From positions 85,622,152 to 85,686,151 of the forward strand of contig NC_068981.1 in the NCBI RefSeq assembly GCF_001194135.2: 64,000 nt of DNA, read 5' to 3'. The notes beneath the pieces were generated by a model. That model was not told the DNA's origin. It saw only the letters and a program-made list of their open reading frames with translations, and ran no database searches. The translations under genes were made by a program, and so were the position numbers. The DNA is from Octopus bimaculoides (lineage: Eukaryota). This document shows positions 37,770-51,009 of this stretch, in pieces (within the stretch, counting starts at the first letter, position 1; every line of letters begins with the position of its first letter).

Positions 37770-38759
37770 CTATAAAAACAAAGAGAAAAGTTTCAAAATG
37801 GAACTTTTAAAATACATGGATATTTGAAATTACAAATTATTAGATTGTTAGTGGCCAGAGATCTACCTTCATGGCTAAGACATTCAATTGAAGTTGACTC
37901 ACAGCACTTCATCATAGAGACGGTCACAAGTTGCAATTTACTATTATAAGCAGTAGAAACCTTAGATAATTCATAAGTGGTTTGTAATTTATAGTGTGGT
38001 TGTGCAGTTGGGAGTTTGCTTCCCTACCACTGTGTTCAATCTGGGTTCAGTTGCACTGTGTTGCACCTTGGTTAAATGTCTTTTATTATAACCACAGGTT
38101 GACCAAAGCATTGTGAGTAGATTTGCAGGTAGAAAATGAAAGAAGCTTGTCGTGTGTGTGCGCGCTTAAAATATGCATGTGTTTATGTCTCCTTATGTTG
38201 ACATCATATGTGTGGGCATGAGGTGGACCGGAAGGAAAGGGTCAGTGACGTCAATGGCTGAGGAGCCCTACCACAAGAGAAAGAGTGAGTGAGAACATGC
38301 GTGGAAGTAGGACCAGTGTGGGCCTCTTTGACCTCAGGTAGTGGGAGTGGATGGATGCATGTAGATCTGCAAGCTAGAAAGGGAATTAGTCGTAGGTTCT
38401 AGCAATAGATCAGACAGGTGGGGCATGTCTCAGCTTTAACCTAGCTGGACAGTCAACACTGAGAGGTAGGTGAATTGCACTTTGTTCCTCATATTACAGT
38501 TCCCCATATTACAGTGTGATCAGCTATAAATAAGTGTCACTGTCATAGAATCAGTGTCATTCATTTCCAATCTTCTGCATAAACATGTCTGGCCAAAATA
38601 TTACCTTGCTTTGAAACAGGTGAGGGTTGGCAACAAGGTAAGGCATTCAGCTGTAGAAAATTTACCTCAAATAAACTCCATCCAACCCATGCAAGCATGG
38701 AAAATTGGACATTAAATAACAATTATGGTGAGTGTAAAACTCAAATCTTACCAGATCTT

Positions 38760-39410
38760 CATATGTAAGTGGGGGCTAACACACTGACTGTAGTAATTAA
38801 AAAGTGTTTGAGCAATTTAAATTATTCTATAGCATGTCAGGAAAGCTACTTTTGTTGTCACATAATAGCCAATCAGGGCTGGGTACATAAGAATACTAGA
38901 GACAGTTCTTTGCCCATGAAGAGAGTTTTTTTAATCAGTTACCAGATAGACATTGCTTCTTCATCATGGAATGGCTCTCAACTTGTCATTTCATTTATGC
39001 TAACTTTACTCCGCGAAATTCTGGATGACATCAGCCTCATAATGAACAGCATATTTTTGTTTAAGCTGGCTCAGTTCCTATTAGCTTATAATGACTTTTC
39101 AGCTGAATCTATTTTTCAAACATAAGTTATAATGCTTTCCTTGATTCGTGCATACACATAGGCTACACTCTTTTTGCTTGTTAGCTCTTGTAATAATTCA
39201 ATAAATTAAATTATTTGTTTGAAAACTGCTTTCTGGTATTCCATTACACATGCTTCTCAAAAGCTCATTTACTGAACTTTTCCACGAACACTTTCATACT
39301 ATAAATTAGTGACCACACTCACTAAAACTCCAATAGCAACGAAAACAAAAAAATCACAAGCTTTAATAATAAATTCTTCTCAAAAAAGGCAAGGCAGACA
39401 ACTCTGAAAT
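38760..39410 (-). mobile_element. Highly decayed hAT (ZBED5/SCAND3-like) transposase remnant
   Basis: Fragmentary similarity only (R.PMCM, KLRAIP); many stops. Confidence 0.35.
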
Positions 39411-40272
39411 AAAATTAAATCTAAAACTCATTGCAGTTATGCAGTGGGGAATAAGTCTTGATTTTGGGGAAGTAAATTACAATGACCATAGAACCATCTT
39501 TATAATACATTGATGAATGCAATAGATAGATAAATAGACAGACAGACAGATAGATAGATAAACAGGCAGACAGACAGGCGTCTGCTGCTGCTGCTGCTGC
39601 CACCACCATCATCTTCATCATCATCATTGTTTTAACATCTACTTTTCCATGCCTGCATGGGTTGGACTGAATTTGTTGAGGGAGATTAACTACAGCAAGA
39701 TACACTTCCTGTCACCAACCATCACCTGTTTCCAGATAAGGTAATATTTCCAATTGGCTGGGATGTTTCATAGATGTTTGGAAATGAATAACACCACTTG
39801 TATGATAGTGACACTTGTTTACAACAATTACACGATATCAAGAGAAGACACCAATTCACACACACGTGCACACTCACCAACATACACATATGCACACTCA
39901 TCAATACACACACACACACACACATGCACGCATATATACATACATACATGCATGCATACATAAATACTTATATAGGCAAACTCAACAATATACACACACA
40001 TACCAACGTCAATACATACATACTTACATACATGGATACATACATACTTACATACATGGATACATACATACTTATATATACAATGATTTTTTTCAGTTTC
40101 TCTCTATCAAATCTACTCAAAATCTTAGTCTGTGGCTATAGTAGAAGACACTTGCCTAAGGTGCTACACAGTGGGATTGAACCTAAAACCAAGTGGTTGG
40201 GAAGCAAGTTTCTTAACCACATAGCCATGCCTGTGCCTAAATGAAAATTTATAGTTGTACAAAAAATTTTCT

Positions 40273-40505
40273 TATTTCTTTATTGCCCACAAGGGGCTAA
40301 ATATAGAGGGGACAAACAAGGACAGACAAAGGGATCAAATTGATTATATCAACCCCAGTGCATAATTGGTACTTAATTTTATTGACCCCAAAAGGATGAA
40401 AGGCAAAGTCGACCTCGGCAGAATTTGAACTCAGAACGTAGGGCAGACGAAATACCGATAAGCATTTCGCCCGGCGTGCTAACGTTTCTGCCAACTTGCC
40501 GCCTT
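40273..40505 (-). mobile_element. Young tRNA-derived SINE with about 17-bp TSD ttgtacaaaaa(a)ttttct
   Basis: GAGTTCAAATTC B-box-like motif. Family copies at about 9100-9560, 18240-18660, 52670-52880 and 60260-60720. Confidence 0.85.
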
Positions 40506-40919
40506 TTGTACAAAAATTTTCTATAATACCAATGTATGTGTTTTGAAGTGAGACATGTGTGTGTGTGTGTGCGCATATCTGCGTGCATGTGTATGTTACA
40601 TCACTGATAGGATTTCTATCCAGTTTAGTTTTACATACACACTCACAGACAGTAATGGAATAATGCAAGAATAGGTTCAGTGGATCATCTTGTGCAAATC
40701 CCTATGTTTCAGAGTATTTATAAATATATCTTTCTTTGGTAGGGTTTCAGAGATTTTCAACATTTTAACTCCCTTGCCTTCTTTTGTATACCTTAACCTA
40801 AGTATTTGGTATAAATACTTCAGTATTACATTAGACAGATTATATACTTAGAATTTCCTGTTTCTAAATGTAAACCTCATCAAATCAGCTTTGTTTCATT
40901 CTCTCATTTGGTCATTCAT

Positions 40920-41146
40920 TTAACTCTTTAGCATTTAAACCAGCCATATCCAGCCCAAATATTCTACCTGTTTTATGTTCAAACCAGCTAGATCTGGCAT
41001 CTTACACATAACATAAATATCATTCCAAAAATAAACCATCACATTTTTGAAATCTCAAAGCTATAAAATTATACATGATTAATTCAAATCAATGTGAACA
41101 AACAGCTATTAAATTTGACAGAGTAATCTGAATGCTAAAGGGTTAA
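40920..41146. mobile_element. piggyBac-type MITE (TTAA-flanked)
   Basis: ttaactctttagcatt ... aatgctaaagggttaa. Related copies at about 430-620, 6080-6196 and 26883-27123. Confidence 0.8.
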
Positions 41147-42571
41147 CATGTTTTTCCATGCTAACATGGATGGAGACAGGATTTTATGGCTGGATGCTCT
41201 TCCTGTCACCAACCCTTATTTGTTTTTCAGATTCAAAATTCAAGTAAGGGATTGCATTATTCTGCAGGTCTTCCAAGCACAAAGAACAATAGGTCAAAAT
41301 GTCGACATCACAACCAGTCTACTCAAACAGTGACAAGCATGGAATATAAACACTGATGCACATTTGCAATACACACACGCACGCGCATGCATGCACACTC
41401 ACACACACTCAAGACACAGGTATGCATCCTCATCACCATCGTTATTTAATGTCCATTTTCTATGCTATCATGGGCTGGACAGTTCAGCAGGAGCTGGCAA
41501 ACCAGAAGACTTCACTAAGCCCCATTGTCTGCTTTGACATGGTCTCTATGGTTGGATGCCCTTTCTAATGCCAACCACTTTACAGAGTGTACAAGATGCT
41601 TTTTTTGTGGCTCTGACACTAACACACACAACAGGGTTCCTGTAGTTTCTGACTACCAAATTCATTTACATACCATTTATTAGTCTGGGGTTATAATTGA
41701 AGACATTTACTGAAAGTACTAGGCAATAGGACTGTTGTTAACCACACAGCCATGCCTGTAGCTGTTATATATGAGAACATCATTTTTACTAAATAGCCAA
41801 AGCTCCATGCAAATAACATCAGTAGTATCTCATCCAATGCAATATTTACATAGTAATTAATACCAATGCAACACTTCAGTGGTCAGAATAATCTCAAGTC
41901 TTTGTTCTTGTGCCTTATTAAATATAGTAGAATTGCATTAGCACAAATGTACCAAGCTTAAGTAACCACAGAAAGATATAAACTTTACATGGAAAGTAAT
42001 GATAGGATATATGAAGAGTGCAGTTTATTGTTTCAGTAAGATCCAGCTGTTCAGTCCTTGTTACTAGATGTTAAATTATCCTCAACTCCAACATCCATTT
42101 ACAACATCATCTTAAAAATACAATCTCTCCCGCACTATAGTTCAATAACTATAAAGGGCGTACTGTGATGTATACCATCTAGAATAAGCTCTGAAGGGAA
42201 ATGACTGTTATACTCTTGACTGAACCCATCTAGTTCATCTCCACTGTGAGCACAACCAGGACAACAGACATTGATCTGAACAGTAGAGGAAATATAACAT
42301 CCCTGGTCTATCATGCAGCACAATAAACCATAGCATGTCAGATTGCACAGTGGAATTGTTAAACAAATGAAGATATAGAATATCCAAAGCGGGTTCTGTG
42401 GGCCAGATTCACAGGTTACCAGCTAACTACAAGCTAGAAATGATCAGAATTTGTCAACAACAACAATGGTAAACAAAAAGGTAAACTCATTAAGAGAATA
42501 TAAATTTACTAAAAATCATGCAACAAATTTTATGACAAATATACAAAAATACATTTATTGCTATCACTTAC

Positions 42572-42694
42572 TGTTTATCAACCTCAGACATCTGTAACAA
42601 ATTATTTTTATGCCTCAGGTCAGAATACAACTGCATAATTTGCTTTTGAAACTCTTCCTGCAAATTGTTTACAATTTTATGTTTTGTCTCCCGC
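42572..42694 (-). CDS. CEP89: CEP89 penultimate coding exon
   Basis: tctgttttaaag|...|gtaagt. (E)RETKHKIVNNLQEEFQKQIMQLYSDLRHKNNLLQMSEVDK(Q). Phase 2->2. Confidence 0.88.
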
Positions 42695-42774
42695 CTTTAA
42701 AACAGAAATCAAATATTTAGTAACAAACATATTCAAACAATTTTAAATAAATTTCTTGCAAAAATAAAGCGTAT

Positions 42775-42984
42775 ACTCTTTACTCTTTTACTTGTTTCAG
42801 TCATTTGACTGCGGCCATGCTAGAGCATCGCCTTTAGTCAAGCATATCGACCCCGGAACTTATTCTTTGTAAGCCTAGTACTTATTCTATCGGTCTCTTT
42901 TTGGCGAACCGCTAAATGATGGGGACATAAACGCACCAGCATCGGTTGTCAAGCAATGCTATGGGGACAAACACAGACACACAA

Positions 42985-43019
<35 letters not shown>

Positions 43020-43195
43020 CATATATACAACGGACTTCTTTCAGTTTCCGTCTACCAAATCCACTCACAAGGCTTTGGTTGGCCCAAGGCTATAGTAGAA
43101 GACACTTGCCCAAGATGCCACGCAGTGGGACTGAACCCGGAACCATGTGGTTGGTAAGCAAGCTACTTACCACACAGCCACTCCTGTGCCTATAA
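42775..43195 (-). mobile_element. Full-length SINE: tRNA head + (TG/TA)n spacer + tail ending (AAGAGTA)n
   Basis: Near-identical copy at 44575-45020; partial copies at 3045-3245, 3290-3435, 4275-4500, 52370-52620 and 63420-63830. Confidence 0.9.
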
Positions 43196-43631
43196 TAATA
43201 TGAACTATTATTTTAAACTTGACAGATCTTTTCCCCCACAACTTATCTTCGTAACATTCATCCCTCACAAAACTCATCTTTTTAATATCTTTCACTCCAC
43301 CCATGCCCACCACTCACTGAATTCCCATCTAACCACATCTCTATCCATCTACCACTCTCCTGTCACACTCTCACAAATTTACTTTCCTATCCTCACTTTG
43401 TCCAATCCCCTGTACCACTTCTCTTATATTCACCTTCCTGTAACTCAAGGGTACACCCAGGTACACCTTCATCACTATCTTCTCTCTTTTCCAGCTGGAG
43501 TAGCCATGTATTATCTCCTCTACAACAAAACACCTGTTTTTGTCCCTCTGTCTTACTTTAATCTCTCATCACACAGTATAAAGCCACATCCAACTCTAAT
43601 AAGAACACAATAAATTCCATTACATACTTAC

Positions 43632-43657
43632 TCTTCAGAAAGTTTTTTCTTGTAAAT
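43632..43657 (-). CDS. CEP89: CEP89 26-nt microexon
   Basis: atgtctttcag|ATTTACAAGAAAAAACTTTCTGAAGA|gtaagt. IYKKKLSE(E), cf. GYKKQAALK. Phase 0->2 matches the next exon. Confidence 0.75.
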
Positions 43658-43719
43658 CTGAAAGACATGAATAAAGATTTCAGTTTGTGACTGGGGGAAA
43701 ACAAACCAATATTGGAGGG

Positions 43720-43935
43720 GAAGATGATGATGATGATGATGGCAGTGATGATAATGGTAGTGTGACAACGATGACATTGATGATGACAACAACGACGACA
43801 ACGATGATGATGATGATGATGATGGTGGTTGTGGTGGTGGTGGTGACAATGATACAGTGATGATGGCAACAACAATGTTGATGATGATGATGATGATGAT
43901 GATGATGACGATGATGATGATGATGACGATGATGA

Positions 43936-43971
<36 letters not shown>

Positions 43972-43998
43972 TGATGATGATGATGATGATGATGATGA
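43720..43998. repeat. (GAT)n/(GAC)n/(GGT)n compound triplet microsatellite running into gap
   Basis: Direct reading. Confidence 0.95.
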
Positions 43999-44574
43999 NN
44001 NNNNNNNNNNNNNNNNNNNNNNNNNNNNNNNNNNNNNNNNNNNNNNNNNNNNNNNNNNNNNNNNNNNNNNNNNNNNNNNNNNNNNNNNNNNNNNNNNNNN
44101 NNNNNNNNNNNNNNNNNNNNNNNNNNNNNNNNNNNNNNNNNNNNNNNNNNNNNNNNNNNNNNNNNNNNNNNNNNNNNNNNNNNNNNNNNNNNNNNNNNNN
44201 NNNNNNNNNNNNNNNNNNNNNNNNNNNNNNNNNNNNNNNNNNNNNNNNNNNNNNNNNNNNNNNNNNNNNNNNNNNNNNNNNNNNNNNNNNNNNNNNNNNN
44301 NNNNNNNNNNNNNNNNNNNNNNNNNNNNNNNNNNNNNNNNNNNNNNNNNNNNNNNNNNNNNNNNNNNNNNNNNNNNNNNNNNNNNNNNNNNNNNNNNNNN
44401 NNNNNNNNNNNNNNNNNNNNNNNGTGTGATCTACTACACAAGTGAATTATCTTTAGATATTGTATCCTTGTAAATTATTTTACTTTCAAACGCAGAGGAA
44501 TTGTTGAACCTTTTCGAATAAACTAGGTTGTCAAGTTTATGAAAACAAGTGAAAAATCATAATTATTGGACTGA

Positions 44575-44792
44575 AATACTTTTACTCTTTTACTTGTTTC
44601 AGTCATTTGACTGTGGCCATGCTGGGGCACCGCCTTTAGTCGAGCAAATCGACCCCAGGACTTATTCTTTGTAAGCCTAGTACTTATTCTATCAGTCTCA
44701 TTTTGCTGAACTGCTAAGTTATGGGGACGTAAACACACCAGCACCGGTTGTCAAGCGAAGTTGGGGGGACAAACACAGACACACAAACATAT

Positions 44793-44863
<71 letters not shown>

Positions 44864-45020
44864 TACGACGGGCTTCTTTCAGTTTCCGTCTACCAAATCC
44901 ACTCACAAGCCTTTGGTCGGCCCGAGGCTATAGTAGAAGACACTTGCCCAAGGTGCCACGCAGTGGGACTGAACCCAGAACCATGTGGTTGGTAAGCAAG
45001 CTACTTACCACACAGCCACA
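44575..45020 (-). mobile_element. Full-length SINE, same family as 42775-43195
   Basis: Direct sequence identity. Confidence 0.9.
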
Positions 45021-45364
45021 AATCCCATTAACTTTTTTTTTATTTGTCTGTAAAATTTGCTTCAATAAACCTACAACTATCTCCATGATCATGTAAAAAC
45101 AACAGAAATAACACAATTTCCCTGATGGGTTGAAACACAATGTTTTATCTACTTGGTATTAATCAGGAGTCCAGCAAACAGCATGTGGCACTGTCAACTG
45201 AACTAAAGGCCAGATAAAATCCATTAAAATCAATCATATGTAACATACATATAATGTTGGTGTATACATATCCATTTATCCAATATTCAAAAATAAAAAT
45301 GGAGAAAGAGGAACAAAGAATGAAAAAGAAAGAGAACAAAGAAAACAAAACGGAAAAGCTATTG

Positions 45365-45685
45365 TAATTACGAACTGAAATATTTGAATGTCTTTTGAAA
45401 TTTATGGCTACATCTTATAAAGTTACCGTTAAAATTCAATAAAATTAATGAAGAAGTAATTATATAATACATTTCTTCAAGGCAAAGATCACATGTAGAA
45501 TTATCAATATTGTATGATGGTGAATAACTAATAATGGACCACTTTAAATCATATTTAATGTTCCTATCTTTTAAATCCCAAATGCATTCACTAGGATTTG
45601 TAGAATTACTTTTTCTTCTACACTTAAATGAATGAGAATGATTATAAAATCCAGATTTCCAAATTGTAGCAGATGAAGTAATGTN
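45365..45685 (-). mobile_element. Penelope-type GIY-YIG C-terminal fragment
   Basis: ECIWDLKDRNIKYDLKWSIISYSPSYNIDNSTCDLCLEEMYYII matches the KWSI..Y....C.LCL.EK PLE motif. Confidence 0.7.
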
Positions 45686-45694
45686 NNNNNNNNN

Positions 45695-45727
<33 letters not shown>

Positions 45728-46244
45728 ATATGATGCATGTGTGTGTGAGAAGCTTTCCTGTCATGTAGACAACAAATGAAGACTCTGCAATTTCTTGCAC
45801 CCAAAATTCAGGGAGAAATATTTTTAGCACATTAAAGCATGTAAAATAGGCCTAACTTCACATATCGGATCCAGGGTGAATTTTTGGAGACATATTTGGA
45901 GGCAAAATTGCTTCTTTATCCCAACAGACACAGTAATTATCACTGTGTTGTCTTGCCTAAAATAAAGCTTTTTGAAAGCAAATATTGTAGAATGTGAAGA
46001 TAATAATCTAGCAAAGGAATTTCACGTAAAGTAAAAAATATAATAACCAATCACAAATGTCTCTATGTTTTGATATAAAAAATAAAAAGCATTAACGGAT
46101 TAATTTTTGTGATAGTATATTGTTTTGTTTTTTAAGTTGACTTTTACTGTTATAACATATATTCCAGATACAATGAATATAACAGACATACATACAGACA
46201 GACAGATAGTGAAATGGAAAAAACTTAAATAGTGTGGTAATTAC

Positions 46245-46332
46245 TTTCTTCAGTTGGTCTTGAGACAGTTGTTCTCGGTTATGAGAAATTTGTACAATGT
46301 GTAAAAGTTTCTGATTTTGGGCAGCATATTTC
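46245..46332 (-). CDS. CEP89: CEP89 coding exon
   Basis: ttttattag|...|gtaatt. KYAAQNQKLLHIVQISHNREQLSQDQLKK. Phase 2->0 requires an unseen upstream exon, probably in gap 46733-47613. Confidence 0.75.
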
Positions 46333-48889
46333 CTAATAAAATATATTTGATATTTGTTAAAAAGATTTTAAAAACATCAATACAAGAAACATTCATTTTA
46401 ATTTGACTCAAAAATTTCAACTTGTGTTTCAAAATAAAGATAGTTTAAGAATGAAAAACAAGGAAAAAGAATGCAAAAAAAAAATAAATATAAATTTGAG
46501 GCAATGAAAGAATTAAAAAGTAAGAAAACGACAGAAAAAGAAATTGAAAAAAGGATATTAATCTCGAAAAGAGATGGGAAAACTGCAGCCTTATGATTGT
46601 ATGTTGCCCTTTGAAGGGCTAAATACAGTATTTTAAAAAAATAATATTTGAGAGGGAAAAATTTTCTTGTTATATAATTTTATATAATTTTATAATTTGT
46701 TATATAATTTTATATAAGCCTGTCTTCTCAATNNNNNNNNNNNNNNNNNNNNNNNNNNNNNNNNNNNNNNNNNNNNNNNNNNNNNNNNNNNNNNNNNNNN
46801 NNNNNNNNNNNNNNNNNNNNNNNNNNNNNNNNNNNNNNNNNNNNNNNNNNNNNNNNNNNNNNNNNNNNNNNNNNNNNNNNNNNNNNNNNNNNNNNNNNNN
46901 NNNNNNNNNNNNNNNNNNNNNNNNNNNNNNNNNNNNNNNNNNNNNNNNNNNNNNNNNNNNNNNNNNNNNNNNNNNNNNNNNNNNNNNNNNNNNNNNNNNN
47001 NNNNNNNNNNNNNNNNNNNNNNNNNNNNNNNNNNNNNNNNNNNNNNNNNNNNNNNNNNNNNNNNNNNNNNNNNNNNNNNNNNNNNNNNNNNNNNNNNNNN
47101 NNNNNNNNNNNNNNNNNNNNNNNNNNNNNNNNNNNNNNNNNNNNNNNNNNNNNNNNNNNNNNNNNNNNNNNNNNNNNNNNNNNNNNNNNNNNNNNNNNNN
47201 NNNNNNNNNNNNNNNNNNNNNNNNNNNNNNNNNNNNNNNNNNNNNNNNNNNNNNNNNNNNNNNNNNNNNNNNNNNNNNNNNNNNNNNNNNNNNNNNNNNN
47301 NNNNNNNNNNNNNNNNNNNNNNNNNNNNNNNNNNNNNNNNNNNNNNNNNNNNNNNNNNNNNNNNNNNNNNNNNNNNNNNNNNNNNNNNNNNNNNNNNNNN
47401 NNNNNNNNNNNNNNNNNNNNNNNNNNNNNNNNNNNNNNNNNNNNNNNNNNNNNNNNNNNNNNNNNNNNNNNNNNNNNNNNNNNNNNNNNNNNNNNNNNNN
47501 NNNNNNNNNNNNNNNNNNNNNNNNNNNNNNNNNNNNNNNNNNNNNNNNNNNNNNNNNNNNNNNNNNNNNNNNNNNNNNNNNNNNNNNNNNNNNNNNNNNN
47601 NNNNNNNNNNNNNAAAAAAAAAAAAAATAGATAAGTAAAAGTGAAAAAAGAGCAAAAAATGAAAGCAGTTAAAATGCAATATTTATGATGAATTACTTTA
47701 AATACATTTAATGAATACTTCAGCATTCATAAAATATATTTAAGTATATTTAATAAATATTACAGTGAATTGAATCAAACATTCTTAATTCCTTTGCTAC
47801 CATTATAAGTCAATTTTTTGTCCTATTTTCTGTTTGTTTACCCCTACAAAATGTGAAAAATGGCTGATATTTTCTTCAAACTTTGCTTTTGTTACATTTA
47901 CTCAAACCCCAAATAATCCCTCTCAACACATGGCTAATAATGTTTCCCCACTACTCCTGATCATCATCAGAGATGCACATGTTGTCAGCCACTAAGGGAC
48001 ATGCTCAAGTGGTTAAGGTCAAGTGACTGATAAGCAAATTTGTAGTATTTAGCAGAATATTTGTTATAATGATATTTCTGCTTCAGCAACTCAGTGCTGA
48101 ACGTGTCTGAAATGTAATGGAAAATAGGTCAATTTCAAAACATTGATGTGCAGGTCACATAAGCAAAGCTTGAAGAGAATAGTAATTTCCTTTGATTCTA
48201 GACAGATGCAAATAGGAAATAATACTTACTGCCCAAGACAGAAAAATTTTTTATTTTGTTACACAGTGTAATGGTACATATCTTTTCACATACCAACACA
48301 AGTGCTGTCATTCCTGATTTCAATAATTTACATTGATTAAAACTTTTTAATGATTTTTAGCTGCTATACCATTACTATTTAGTAAGAACTCCTGCCATTG
48401 CATGAACTATTGTAAAAGCAATTCTTTAATTTAGTCATTTATGTAGGCTTTTGTATTGGTTGTAAAATCTGAAGAATGTAGTGTCATTCCTTATCTCTCT
48501 TCAGATATCTTATTTTCCACACATTATTTGAATCTTTTGAGCTAAACCTTAAGCAATTTGCCATTTAACTTAGATGCAAGCATGGCTATGTGGTTAAAAA
48601 GTTTGCCTTCAGCCCATGGGGTTTTAGGTTCAATCCCACTACATAGTATTTTCAGCAAGTGTTTCCTACTACAGCCTTGAGCTGACCAAAGCCTTGTAAG
48701 TGAATTTGGTAAGTGGAAACTAAAACTCTGTTGCAGGTATATGTGTGTGTATGTGAAAGTGCTTGTGTCTTTTAGCCAATGGTGTAATCCAGAAATTCAA
48801 ATTTGTTAAGAAAGTTATATTAATTATCTTTTTTAATCTATCTTGAGACAGCAGATACATTACAATAAGGTACCAAGCTCAATACTCAC

Positions 48890-48953
48890 CTCCAATTTAG
48901 CAGTTAATTCTGCTTTCTCTTTTATATGCTTTTCAATAGATTCATCAATATCT
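48890..48953 (-). CDS. CEP89: CEP89 coding exon
   Basis: cactttattag|...|gtgagt. (K)DIDESIEKHIKEKAELTAKLE. Phase 2->0. Confidence 0.87.
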
Positions 48954-50828
48954 CTAATAAAGTGAAAATATGAAAATAACATATTTATTTATTTATTTAT
49001 TTATGTGTTTCAGCCAAATATCTTCAATTATTACTCAATTAAATTAGTACTATATGGTAAAGTCTGATGATTTAATGGAATTTTAGAAACCATTTTCTTC
49101 TAACTATACACTTCCATACAGACATTATTTCATAGATATTTAATCTCTCACATGAAAGGCATGAAGAAATTAAGTACATAAAGAAATGAAAAATTTTACC
49201 AATAAAAGGAGTTTGGGTTTTTTGACAACACTATCATCAATACCATCATGTGATTGGACATGCTCAGAGTTAACCTTTTTTTGTATAAAGGTCGTAGCTA
49301 GAGAATCATTCTTGGTTACCCAGACTGCAGACACAGTAGGAAACTTAATTTTCTATGTTTCCCAGAAGAATGTTTTGTGAGAATGATATTCAAACCATTT
49401 TGGTGAATAGAATCTTTCAACTTCAAAAACTTGATAGTACTTAACAATGGAATAATATCAATTCTTGCTAAGTCCCAAGTCAGACTTGAGTAAATATATG
49501 GTCAACTATCTATTCCCGACTTAACCATTTTTACCCTTTTATCTAACTAGGACTTCATTATCAAATGTCTCTTTCCTGTTTTAACACAAAATGGTATCGT
49601 TTTAAGGGAATTTTGTTACTAGTTCTTGCAAGTTAAGTGACAGCACAGAGTTTCTCACATTAATTCATTTTGATTAGTTATCCTTCAAAATGGTAGATGA
49701 TAATGGAAATTGGCAATCAATTGATTCAGTGAAAAAAGGTGCTCATTAGAAGTATATATTTTAGTTTGTGGAGATTACCTTCTAATTGAGTCACTTGCCA
49801 TCTAATCAGGCAACAAATTCATTTTTATTGTACTAACAACAAGTTTAATCAGAAAGATGATGGTATTTCACAGAAACAAAGGTGTTTCAAGCTATCTTTT
49901 TTACTTACATATATTTTATCACAAATATTACGCTACTTATTGACTACATGTTTCAGTGCACTAGATAAACAATTCTTATAGATTGTATTGAAAAATAATG
50001 AAAAAAGAAGAAAACAAAAGCAATTTTGATAGGCTAATAATTACAGTGAAGCTGCATGGTCTAGTGGTTAGGGTGTTGCATTCATAATCATAAATAAGAT
50101 TGTGGTTCTGATTCCCAGATTGGGAGATGTGTTGTGTTATTGAGCAAAACACTTTAAGTTACATTGCTCCAGTCCACTCAGCTGTAAAATGAGTTCCAGC
50201 AATAGCTAGGAATTAACCCTCCAGCATCCCATTCAGCAGAGAATGCTGTAATCTCAGCCACTTGGTATTCCATGGAAACCAGGTTTAACACTGACCTTAT
50301 GAGTCCTAAGGGTTCATGAAGAAAGAAAAAAATATATAATTATGAAGGGAAATGTAGAATAGCATCATAATTCAATATACGATAGTGCATGAATTATTTT
50401 ACCAGAAGAGAGTATTTCAACAAAGCTCACCACAAGTAAAGTAAAGTTACCTTCTCAAGTCATGCCAATTCATTAGGGCTGGTCCCAGTTTCCATGGCGT
50501 ATAAAAATTCCACAGCTGGACAGGATACCGGTCCATCACAGGATTACTCCTTTTTGTCAGCTGAGTGGACGGGAGCAACATGAAGTGAAGTGCTTTGCTC
50601 TAGAACACAATGTGTTGCCCAGTTTAGGAACCAAAACTACAATTTTATGATCATGGGTCCAACATCTTAACCACTAAGCCATGCACCTCCACTCCCCACC
50701 CTACTTTTACAAGTTTCTTCAGAAAACTACTAAAAGTTCTCCAGTTTTAGGATTAAGCCATTTATATTTCCTCTCATTTTACCTTTTTATAATAGAAATA
50801 TCGATAATTTTTATAGGTTTTTACTTAC

Positions 50829-51009
50829 TTTTGTAATTTTTCTAAACTATGCTGGTGTTCCACAAATTGAATCTTGGTATTATCTTTGGATTTCATTTGA
50901 TCTAAATTACATTTCAAGTCACGTGTTTTTGCCTTTTCTTCTTTGAATTCCCGCTCTATCTTGGTTACAAACTCATTTTTCAGTTTTAGCTGTTCATTCA
51001 ACTCGTGTA
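50829..51009 (-). CDS. CEP89: CEP89 coding exon
   Basis: aatgtag|...|gtaagt. (L)HELNEQLKLKNEFVTKIEREFKEEKAKTRDLKCNLDQMKSKDNTKIQFVEHQHSLEKLQ(K); coiled-coil. Phase 1->2. Confidence 0.88.

Noticed and set aside
39754-40244. His/Thr/Tyr/Ile-rich ORFs (also 21792-22165, 43558-43875, 44748-45096, 60121-60376)
   Set aside because: Translations of (CA)n, (TA)n, (CATA)n and (GAT)n microsatellites or SINEs.
41990-42460. Possible LINE RT remnant
   Set aside because: Too decayed to support motif calls by eye.
44980-45100. EIVVGLLKQILQTNKKK as a candidate for the missing CEP89 segment
   Set aside because: Weak similarity and no credible acceptor/donor pair.
45850-45957. Possible CEP89 exon ARQHSDNYCVC.. 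after ttttag
   Set aside because: No good donor before an in-frame stop and no similarity to CEP89.
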